Positions 1-7,842 of a DNA stretch of 64,000 nucleotides are shown one piece after another. Each line of letters opens with the position of its first letter. The stretch's first letter is position 1. The stretch comes from a virus. The DNA is taken from positions 5,207 through 69,206 of IMG/VR virus record IMGVR_UViG_3300030419_007306; one strand, 5' to 3'. The notes beneath the pieces were generated by a model, which worked only from the letters and a program-made list of their open reading frames with translations, ran no database searches and was not told the origin of the DNA. Made by a program: the position numbers and the translations under genes.

Positions 1-1
1 T

Positions 2-100
2 CGAGCGATATTGTCTCCTTTTGTTGGCAATACTTTCGACCCAAGGTCTTTGGGCGGGGGTACAGCCCGTGGTGGCAAACAACCATATAGAGAATCATAA
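2..100 (+). CDS. 3' end of upstream virion gene (partial; possible head-tail adaptor)
   Basis: Open frame from position 2 (RAILSPFVGNTFDPRSLGG...YRES*) ending in TAA that overlaps the next ATG (TAATG). Function inferred from position only. Confidence 0.55.
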   Translation, partial: RAILSPFVGNTFDPRSLGGGTARGGKQPYRES

Positions 101-1008
101 TGGCAATAGATATAATTAATACAAAAAAGGGTGGCACAAACCAACATAATATAAAGGTTGGTACGCCAGTTGTACAAGCTCCCATCAAAACTTTTGGGAC
201 AAATAATTTTGTTGATGAAGACCAATATACTTCTTATACAAGAGAGTCTGGTATTCATCCGTATGCTCATGATAAAATTAACGCCAAATATGATATTAGA
301 TTTGATGACCCAGCATATTATGGAGGAGGCGGACTAGTAAGAGATTTGGCAGCTTCCTATAGGCTTGATGAAACTGTTGGCGTAAGGATAGACCGGTCTG
401 GAAATAAAGTTCATCTGACAGACAATAATACGGTTGGTTATGCCACAGGAAAGGTTGGAATCGCCGCTGACTTTACAGAAGGTAATAGTGAGTATCTGAG
501 CGCTGCTAATGCAAGTCTCGGAAGCTTGAGTCCCGGAAGCACAGATTTTTCAATTTCTTTTTGGATTTACTTTAAAAGCTCTGGTTTTACAGGACAACAA
601 TTTGTTGGCGGAATTTGGAAGCCGACAGATAATCATAGAGAATGGTTGTTGTTATATAACGCAACCGCAGATGGAGACAATAAGCTAGGCTTTTATACTT
701 CAGCCAATGGCTCAGCAGAGACAAAGGTGAAAACAGACGCCCTTTCTCACAGCACATGGTATCATATAGTCATTCTTCATAACAAGACGGGTGGAACAAG
801 AACAATTTATCAAGATACTGTGGCCAAGGGTAGTGATAGCAATATTACAATAAATCAGGGAACTGGAGATTTTCAATTAGGAAATGTTCAAGAATCTTCA
901 GATTATTTTAGTGGATATCTAGATGAATTTAATATGTGGAGCAAGGTATTATCAACCGATGAGATTGCCACATTATACCATGGCGGTAACGGAAAGCACG
1001 TCAGATAG
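100..1008 (+). CDS. Virion protein: N-terminal ~75-aa module plus LamG/concanavalin A-like lectin domain
   Basis: LamG-type motifs FSISFW, WYHIVI, FSGYLDEFNMWSKVLSTDEIATLY. The N-terminus is paralogous to ORF 1598..1828. Confidence 0.8.
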   Translation: MAIDIINTKKGGTNQHNIKVGTPVVQAPIKTFGTNNFVDEDQYTSYTRESGIHPYAHDKINAKYDIRFDDPAYYGGGGLVRDLAASYRLDETVGVRIDRSGNKVHLTDNNTVGYATGKVGIAADFTEGNSEYLSAANASLGSLSPGSTDFSISFWIYFKSSGFTGQQFVGGIWKPTDNHREWLLLYNATADGDNKLGFYTSANGSAETKVKTDALSHSTWYHIVILHNKTGGTRTIYQDTVAKGSDSNITINQGTGDFQLGNVQESSDYFSGYLDEFNMWSKVLSTDEIATLYHGGNGKHVR

Positions 1009-1021
1009 GAGAAAATTATAA

Positions 1022-1582
1022 ATGGCTAATGAAATAAAAGTAACTATAGGGTGCAGTTATATAAATGGTAGGCTTAGAGAACAATTTGGAACTCCCTTAG
1101 AGCTTCAAAATGTTCCAAGGCTAGCGTCAGATAGTTCTAAACATTTAGACACGCTTTTTGTAGCCAGCGGAGTTGACCAGTCTACGCTGGGAGTTGATGC
1201 TGGTGTAGTTACCGCCGGAACCGGCATTACTGAGCTAGACACTTATAATAACTCAAAGGTTGCAACGGCAGGCTGGTTGTTTATGCAAAACATAGAGGCT
1301 GTTCCGTCAGGAGATTATATAGAATGGGGGCCTCGGGTTACATACAACGCCGCCAATGCTATAAGCATGACTGGTCCAGATGGCGTTGCTATGGACCTTC
1401 AAAGTAATAATGGAGATGTAGTTATGGTTCCTTTTGGGAGGTTGGAAGCAGGAGAATCCGCTGCAATGAGAGTTACCCCCAGCGGTCTAAATATTGGAAT
1501 TGTAGCTGGTTCAGGATTATCTACTATAGCGACCCCAGGAAATCCAAGCGCTAAATTAAAATATATACTTTTTGCAGACTAA
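1022..1582 (+). CDS. Hypothetical virion protein
   Basis: 186-aa ORF with AGGAG RBS, beta-rich composition, inside the structural block. Confidence 0.6.
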   Translation: MANEIKVTIGCSYINGRLREQFGTPLELQNVPRLASDSSKHLDTLFVASGVDQSTLGVDAGVVTAGTGITELDTYNNSKVATAGWLFMQNIEAVPSGDYIEWGPRVTYNAANAISMTGPDGVAMDLQSNNGDVVMVPFGRLEAGESAAMRVTPSGLNIGIVAGSGLSTIATPGNPSAKLKYILFAD

Positions 1583-1597
1583 TGGAGAACAATAAAA

Positions 1598-1828
1598 ATG
1601 GCTAATGACATTAATAATGCTAAATCCGGCGCTACGGATAATACCGGTAACATTAAAATTGGAACCGTTGTTGTTCAGGCTCCTATGAAAACATTTACTA
1701 CTAATAATTTTATAAACGAAGATACATATACAGCTTATACAAGGCCTTCTGGGACACATGTATATGGCATAGACAAGATTCAGGATAAATATGATGGTAG
1801 ATTTGATGACCCAACCTATTACTCATAA
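1598..1828 (+). CDS. Small virion protein, paralog of the N-terminus of 100..1008
   Basis: GGAG RBS; shares NIKxGTxVVQAPxKTF...KYDxRFDDPxYY with 100..1008. Confidence 0.75.
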   Translation: MANDINNAKSGATDNTGNIKIGTVVVQAPMKTFTTNNFINEDTYTAYTRPSGTHVYGIDKIQDKYDGRFDDPTYYS

Positions 1829-1837
1829 GGTGCATGA

Positions 1838-2368
1838 ATGGCCACTAATCCATTTTCTGGTACAATAAGTACTAGTTTAAAAGATACATTTGACAATGCA
1901 ATAAAATCTCTCTTGGAGGACGGAGGGGGTTCTACACCTTGTAGATTGATTTATGGGGCCACCAAATTTACCTTATGTAGCAATTGTATATTTGATGCCA
2001 TTGGCAAAAAATCCTCTAATAGGTATTTGAGCGGCGGTCCTGTCCCCTTTACGGACGGACAGATATGTCCTATGTGCAACGGAATTGGAAGAATCCCACA
2101 AGAAAATACAGAGAATATAAACTTAGTTGTAATTTGGGATTATAAAAGCTGGATAGACCTTGGGGTGAATGTTAACGCACCGGAAGGGTTTGTCCAAACT
2201 ATAAGTGAAATGGATACCTTGCCAAAAATCAAAAGAACAAAAGATATAATAATAAATACAGATATAGAAAAGCATGTTCGTCACGCTTTTGTTAGACATG
2301 GAGAACCTGCACCTGCTGGGTTAGGTCGCGATACATTTGTTGTTACTATGTGGAAAAGGTCTTCATAA
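1838..2368 (+). CDS. Putative head-closure/neck protein with CxxC...CxxC motifs
   Basis: CSNC and CPMC motifs; located upstream of the tail genes. Confidence 0.5.
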   Translation: MATNPFSGTISTSLKDTFDNAIKSLLEDGGGSTPCRLIYGATKFTLCSNCIFDAIGKKSSNRYLSGGPVPFTDGQICPMCNGIGRIPQENTENINLVVIWDYKSWIDLGVNVNAPEGFVQTISEMDTLPKIKRTKDIIINTDIEKHVRHAFVRHGEPAPAGLGRDTFVVTMWKRSS

Positions 2369-3021
2369 TGAAAGCTAATTTTAAATTATTGGAATCGCAG
2401 GCTGAAATCAATAAAAAAATTGTTAAGCAGCTCGCAACTTCCTTAAACTCTGCTGTTATGGGAGCCGTGCCGACAATAGCTAGTCAGATTAAAAATTTGG
2501 TTAGAACCGCGATAACTAGCGCTCCAGAATATAATGAGCTTTCAGGAGGTTCTTTACAAGCTGAACTTGGGGTTCCTTCTAGTGAAAGTAGGCTCGCAAG
2601 AATATTGGATGTTTGGCTGGGAAGTATGCAGATTTCCAAAAAGCCTGTTAGAGCATCTGGAAATAGGATTGTTGGTGGTATAAGCATTAGTATGATTAAA
2701 GATGATTTCTCGGATGTTTTAGGTACTGCTGAAGCTTCATATACAACAGCAAAAGGAATAAGAATTCCTTGGTTAAGATGGCTTCTTATAGCTGGAGATG
2801 AAACTAAATTGGTTGCAGATTATGTCTTTACAGAAGATACTAGCTTTGGCAATAGTAGAACTGGACTAGGCTTGATGAGAAGTCAAAGGGGTGGAAGATG
2901 GCATGTTCCCAGAGAGTTTGCTGGCACAATAAAAAATAACTTCGTTACTAGGGCATTATCTAAACTTGAGACTCAGGTTATAAATATAATGCAAACTGAA
3001 ATAGCAAAAAGGCTAAAATAG
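2368..3021 (+). CDS. Putative tail-completion/neck protein
   Basis: Likely start is the ATG at 2368 (TAATG coupling); C-terminal NNFVTRAL segment; position in the neck region. Confidence 0.45.
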   Translation: MKANFKLLESQAEINKKIVKQLATSLNSAVMGAVPTIASQIKNLVRTAITSAPEYNELSGGSLQAELGVPSSESRLARILDVWLGSMQISKKPVRASGNRIVGGISISMIKDDFSDVLGTAEASYTTAKGIRIPWLRWLLIAGDETKLVADYVFTEDTSFGNSRTGLGLMRSQRGGRWHVPREFAGTIKNNFVTRALSKLETQVINIMQTEIAKRLK

Positions 3022-4016
3022 TGGCGATTAAAGATTATACAAAATTCAAGGGTTTAAATAATATTGGCGATAGCCAATTCATGATAATTCTTGAAAACAA
3101 TTTAAAAGCTTTTTGCGACTGGAGTTTCTTAGGAGTAGGAGCCTGGTTCGATGTAACCATTCCTACTTCAGGAGCGTTTGGGGGAACTTTCCATCAATTA
3201 AGACTGGTTGATGACCCCGCTTACGATGCAGGACAAGTTTGGGAAACTCCTCGTAAAGATTTAGTTTGGGAGACTGGGGTTTCGTATCCTAGTGGATTGG
3301 GAACTATACAACCTATACAGATTTCTGGTGTATTTGTAGATGGGACTACTGCGGCTAATTTTTACGGCCCAGGAGACTCAACTTATGGACACCATATAGA
3401 TTATCCTTTGGGCAGAATCGTATTTGACAGTGCTATAGACACCACCAGTACTGTTTATATGAATCATAGCTATCGTTGGGTACAGGTTTATTTAGCGGAC
3501 AAGGCTCCGTGGTGGCAGGAACTACAATATAGGTCATTTAGAGTTGATAGTAGCCATATTTCCCAAACCGGCTCGGGAGATTGGTCTATAGGTGGCCAAC
3601 ATAGGGTCCAGCTTCCTGCTGTCGTAATTGAAGCTGTTCCTCGGAGACATTCTGAGGGATACGAACTTGGCAATGCTAATTTAAGGACTTATCAGGACGT
3701 ATTATTTCATGTAGTAGCAGAATCAAAATGGCAAAGGAACCAACTTGTTGACATATTCAGCATGCAGCAGGACAAGTCCATTTATTTGTTTAATACTAAT
3801 AAAGTGGCAGAAGAAGGAGTATATCCCCTAGATTATAGAGGTATGCTTGCAAGCGGCAATCCCTTAATGTATCCAAATTTAGTAGCTACTTCTGGTTATC
3901 GCTGGAAGGAGTGTAGGTTTGGCCAAACGACCTTATCTGAGGTCCAATCGCCTCATCCTGGGTTACACGAAGGAATTGTTAGGACCACTTTTGAAGTAAT
4001 AGTTGGCAATACATAA
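3021..4016 (+). CDS. Putative tail terminator protein
   Basis: GTG start overlapping the previous TAG; LPAVVIE...YELG...DVLFHVVAE pattern; lies immediately before the major tail gene. Confidence 0.5.
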   Translation: MAIKDYTKFKGLNNIGDSQFMIILENNLKAFCDWSFLGVGAWFDVTIPTSGAFGGTFHQLRLVDDPAYDAGQVWETPRKDLVWETGVSYPSGLGTIQPIQISGVFVDGTTAANFYGPGDSTYGHHIDYPLGRIVFDSAIDTTSTVYMNHSYRWVQVYLADKAPWWQELQYRSFRVDSSHISQTGSGDWSIGGQHRVQLPAVVIEAVPRRHSEGYELGNANLRTYQDVLFHVVAESKWQRNQLVDIFSMQQDKSIYLFNTNKVAEEGVYPLDYRGMLASGNPLMYPNLVATSGYRWKECRFGQTTLSEVQSPHPGLHEGIVRTTFEVIVGNT

Positions 4017-4032
4017 TACTATTTGTGTTTTC

Positions 4033-4040
4033 GGTGTATA
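4033..4040 (+). promoter_or_regulatory. Candidate phage promoter motif GGTGTATA
   Basis: Intergenic, 57 nt upstream of the major tail gene; the motif recurs at 7312, 28384 and 60467 (- strand). Confidence 0.5.
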
Positions 4041-4097
4041 TATTTGTATACAAGTATATTTTTAATAATGGATAGCATTTAAAAGGAGACTTTTAAT

Positions 4098-5312
4098 ATG
4101 GCAGCTAATAATAGAATTTTCTATGCCTGTCAACAAGTTGGTTTAAAACCAGATGGTAGTACAGATAACTTTGCTGCGATTCATGGCGTGCAGAGTGTTG
4201 GTATTACCACTAACTTTAATTTAAGCCAAGTGTTTGAACTAGGCCAAATTTCGATTTATGAAAACATTGAAGATATTCCTGACGTGGAAGTTTCTATGAC
4301 TAAGGTTCTGGATGGGACGCCGCCGATTTATTTGCTTGCAACTAAAGGTTCGAGTAGCCCAACCCTTTCCGGTCGTCAAAACCAAAAGAGTGTATTTGCG
4401 CTGGGTATTTGGCCCGATACAAATGACTCTGCCAATGGCAGTCCAAACTCTCAAGTAGAATGCTCTGGGATGTTTGTTTCCTCTTTGGCTTATAACTTCC
4501 CACTGGAAGATAATTTCACTGAAGATGTTACGCTTGTGGGTAATCATAAAATATGGCATAGGGATACTCGCGTTATCTCTGGTGGTGCTACGGCAAATGC
4601 CTATGGCGCACCACAAACCCCAGACTTTACCGGCGCCTTTACTGACGCTGGCGAAGACCCCAGTGGTTTAACAACTGGCGGTGGCGTCAATAGACGTGAA
4701 AATCTTAACTTTGGTAATTTCAGAGACGTTGAGTTTACCGATGAGGCCAGTGGTCTCTCTGATAAGAATTATCATCGTGACCCTGATGTTTGTTGCTTCC
4801 CGAAAGAAATTCATGGAATTTCTTCTTCCGGCACAAACAACAAAGATGCCAACGGTAACTTCGGCGCTCATATGAGCAACATCACCGTTTCGGCTGACTT
4901 GGGTAGAGAGCAAATCTTGGAACTGGGTCGTAAGGCTCCGTATCATCGTTATGCTACCTTCCCGATTGAAGTCACGACGGAAATTGAAGTTACGGCGATT
5001 AGTGGTGACTTGATTTCCGCAACCGAAGAAGGTATTCTCAGCGGAACAAGTGATTCATGCACTGCCGATTCTGGTAACTTAACTGATGCCACGATTCGCA
5101 TTGCAAGCTGTGAAGGTACTAGAATTTACTTGGGCAAGAAGAATAAGCTTGCTTCTGTGAACTATGCGGGAGGAGATGCTGGTGGAGGTAATGCAACCGT
5201 CACCTACACATTCACCACGTTTAATGATTTTACTGTCATGCATCAATATGATGTTGATGGTAGTGCATCGACTTGGTGGAGTGAAAGAGGCACCTATTTA
5301 GCTCCTGCCTAA
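4098..5312 (+). CDS. Putative major tail tube protein
   Basis: Strong RBS (AAGGAG), upstream promoter motif and downstream hairpin. Internally duplicated xELGx motif (VFELGQ / ILELGR). Lies upstream of the chaperone-like genes and TMP. Confidence 0.7.
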   Translation: MAANNRIFYACQQVGLKPDGSTDNFAAIHGVQSVGITTNFNLSQVFELGQISIYENIEDIPDVEVSMTKVLDGTPPIYLLATKGSSSPTLSGRQNQKSVFALGIWPDTNDSANGSPNSQVECSGMFVSSLAYNFPLEDNFTEDVTLVGNHKIWHRDTRVISGGATANAYGAPQTPDFTGAFTDAGEDPSGLTTGGGVNRRENLNFGNFRDVEFTDEASGLSDKNYHRDPDVCCFPKEIHGISSSGTNNKDANGNFGAHMSNITVSADLGREQILELGRKAPYHRYATFPIEVTTEIEVTAISGDLISATEEGILSGTSDSCTADSGNLTDATIRIASCEGTRIYLGKKNKLASVNYAGGDAGGGNATVTYTFTTFNDFTVMHQYDVDGSASTWWSERGTYLAPA

Positions 5313-5320
5313 TTGATTGT

Positions 5321-5369
5321 TGACTGATAAAAAGCGGGGGCGGCAATTTTGTCGCCCCTGCTTCAGTCA
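5321..5369 (+). terminator. Long GC-rich hairpin after the major tail gene (terminator or processing/stabilising stem)
   Basis: TGACTG..AAGCGGGGGCGGCAA-TT-TTGTCGCCCCTGCTT-CAGTCA inverted repeat; no U-tract on the + strand. Confidence 0.6.
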
Positions 5370-5458
5370 GTGCGTTTAACCCTGCGATAGCCCTAATAGG
5401 GGCAAGTGGTACGCTCTGACTCTTTTTAAGGAAAAATAGACTGGGAAAGAAAGTATCA

Positions 5459-6508
5459 ATGGATTTAAATACTAAAGAATTTTTATTATATAGAATTTTT
5501 TCGAGTATAACAGCCATAGGTATAGGCGGCGTTGATTATATTCTCAAGCACCCCAGTAGAATAGATAGATATAAAGCCCAGCAGGTTTATAATAATTCTA
5601 TCTATAAAAACAGATATAACAATTGGTATACAAGACGCAGCATTCAAAAGCTTTTAGAGGAACAGGGAATTTTTTCGCAAGAGGATGATAAAAAACTAGA
5701 AAAGCTGGAAAAAGATTTAGACAACTTAAAAGTCCAATTGTTTCAATCTGTACTTAATGTTGAAAAATCAAAATTCATTAGAAAAAGTCTTGACAGAGTA
5801 AAAACTCTTACAGCTATTCTAAATTCTTCTAAACACGCCTTAGACTATCTAACATTAGAAGGCTACGCATCTCTTGAGAAAAGCCAGTATTTAATTGCGG
5901 CCACACTATGCGACAAAGACGGAAATCGAATATTTTCTGATAACTATAAACAGGAAGATACGTCTGGGCTAGTGGAAGAATGCATCTTGGAGACAGCCCG
6001 CAATCAAGTAACTGTCGCGCAAAGTAGAGAGTTGGCTAGAAGTGAGCCATGGAGAAATTATTGGGGTTCCGATAAAAGCAATATTTTTGGTAAACCAGCA
6101 ATAGATTTAACAGAAGAACAAAGAAGCTTGGTATTGTATAGCAAAATGTATGATGGGGCCTATGAGCACCCAGACTGCCCCGAAGAAAATGTTATAAAAG
6201 ATGACGATATGTTTGATGGTTGGATGATATTCCAGAGAAGAAAAAGAGAGAAGAAGAAAACTGCAAATCAGGTTGACAGTGTTATTGGGGCTAAACAGAG
6301 AGACGCTGAGGAATTATTTATACCTAGACAAAATCAAGATTCCGCACAAAAGATACATGAGATGAATACTTATGAATCAAGAATAAAAAGAAAACAACGA
6401 GACAAAGTTATACAAAAAGTTGGTTCGGCAAGAGATTCTCAATTCCCAGATAGAAAACAACAAATAGTAACGCAGGCGAACAGAGAGTTTGCAGAGAAGG
6501 TTCGATAA
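5459..6508 (+). CDS. Hypothetical protein, possible tail assembly chaperone
   Basis: Helical and charged; HPDCPEENVIKDDDMFDGW motif; between tube and TMP genes. Confidence 0.45.
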   Translation: MDLNTKEFLLYRIFSSITAIGIGGVDYILKHPSRIDRYKAQQVYNNSIYKNRYNNWYTRRSIQKLLEEQGIFSQEDDKKLEKLEKDLDNLKVQLFQSVLNVEKSKFIRKSLDRVKTLTAILNSSKHALDYLTLEGYASLEKSQYLIAATLCDKDGNRIFSDNYKQEDTSGLVEECILETARNQVTVAQSRELARSEPWRNYWGSDKSNIFGKPAIDLTEEQRSLVLYSKMYDGAYEHPDCPEENVIKDDDMFDGWMIFQRRKREKKKTANQVDSVIGAKQRDAEELFIPRQNQDSAQKIHEMNTYESRIKRKQRDKVIQKVGSARDSQFPDRKQQIVTQANREFAEKVR

Positions 6509-6882
6509 TGAGTACCTACGAAGAACAGAAAAAATTAAGAGAACAAGTAAAAAAAAGAAATGAGGAGAAATATAGAGAAAGCTCTAAAAAACGCCTCATA
6601 AAAAATGTGGAGAAAAAGTTTAAGACCACTATGATTGGGTCTCTTGCATGTTTTGAAAAATATTTTGGGGACTTATGGGGTCATGATAAAGACGAACTTA
6701 CCGAAGAACAATTGAGATTTAAAGAACTTTGGGAACAAGCTAGAACAGAAATATTGAATAATGGAAATAGCCAGCTTAGGATAGCTCAAGAGGAAATTGC
6801 TCAGTATAGTATGACGTGGAATAGGTATCACATAGATTTTCTAGTGACACCACAGGATAACAAGGAGAATAAAGATGAGTAA
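6508..6882 (+). CDS. Hypothetical protein
   Basis: 124-aa ORF translationally coupled on both sides. Confidence 0.6.
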   Translation: MSTYEEQKKLREQVKKRNEEKYRESSKKRLIKNVEKKFKTTMIGSLACFEKYFGDLWGHDKDELTEEQLRFKELWEQARTEILNNGNSQLRIAQEEIAQYSMTWNRYHIDFLVTPQDNKENKDE

Positions 6883-7765
6883 AGATAAAGACACTTTTGA
6901 ATTTGAAGTTGAAGAAAAAGGAAAGCCTGTCAAGAGAGCCTTTAAAATTTCAGAGGCAACTCTTCAGCAGCAAAATGAGGCTACCAAGGTTTATAATAGA
7001 ACATTTAGAGATGCTCTAGAGTCTGGTGCTTTATTGAGAAATAAACTAGAAGACTACATGAGAAATCAAGGGATGTGGAACGATGAGAAACAAGCAGACC
7101 TAGAACTTCTCCAAAAAGAAATTTTAGACAAAGAAAAACAACTGGCCAAAGGCGGCATACGGCTTTCTGTTGCAAAAGATATTGCCATAGAAATGGCAGA
7201 TAAAAGAACGGAAATTAGAAGTATGCTTATGGAGAGAAATAGTCTTGACGGCTCTACGGCGGAGGGACAGGCTGATAATGCCAAATTTGATTATTTAGTA
7301 TCGGCTACTTTGGTGTATAATGATAGTAATAAGCCTTATTTTAAAGACTTAGCAGACTATAGAAATAAAAATACTGACCCTGTTGCTATTGAGGCTGCTA
7401 GAAAACTAGCACAAAAAATGTATGGCTTAGATTCGAATCATGAGCACAACTTGGCTGAAAATAAGTTTTTGCGAGAATTTGAGTTTGTTGACGAAGAATT
7501 AAGACTTGTCAATAAACAAGGTAAATTGATTGACCGAGAAGGTAACTTAATAAATGAAGACGGTCGTTATATTGACGAGAAAGGCAACCTTATAGATTTA
7601 GACGGAAATCCCGTCACTGAAGAAGGTGAATATAAATTTGACAGAAAGCCGTTTTTAGATGATGACGGCAAAGAGATTAAAGCGGAATCTGAACCTGAGC
7701 CACAAGAAGAGGTAAAGGCTGAAGGTTCTGAAGCCGAGGCTGAAGCTGAAGCTACAAGCGATTAA
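6875..7765 (+). CDS. Putative tail assembly chaperone with IDxxG repeats and acidic tail
   Basis: Directly upstream of TMP; repeats VNKQGKL/IDREGNL/INEDGRY/IDEKGNL/IDLDGNP. Confidence 0.5.
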   Translation: MSKDKDTFEFEVEEKGKPVKRAFKISEATLQQQNEATKVYNRTFRDALESGALLRNKLEDYMRNQGMWNDEKQADLELLQKEILDKEKQLAKGGIRLSVAKDIAIEMADKRTEIRSMLMERNSLDGSTAEGQADNAKFDYLVSATLVYNDSNKPYFKDLADYRNKNTDPVAIEAARKLAQKMYGLDSNHEHNLAENKFLREFEFVDEELRLVNKQGKLIDREGNLINEDGRYIDEKGNLIDLDGNPVTEEGEYKFDRKPFLDDDGKEIKAESEPEPQEEVKAEGSEAEAEAEATSD

Positions 7766-7777
7766 ATAAAGTCGGAT

Positions 7778-7829
7778 AGTGGTTGTACCGGGAAATGTTT
7801 TATTACACTACCGGTATAGCCACTTTTTT
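7778..7829 (+). terminator. Rho-independent terminator-like hairpin upstream of TMP
   Basis: AGTGGTTGTACCGG...CCGGTATAGCCACT followed by a T-run. Confidence 0.6.
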
Positions 7830-7842
7830 ATAGGTACTGACC

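Noticed and set aside
5459-7765. Programmed -1 frameshift in tail chaperones
   Set aside because: The ORFs are coupled by ordinary start/stop overlaps with their own RBS or ATG; no convincing slippery site near a gene end.
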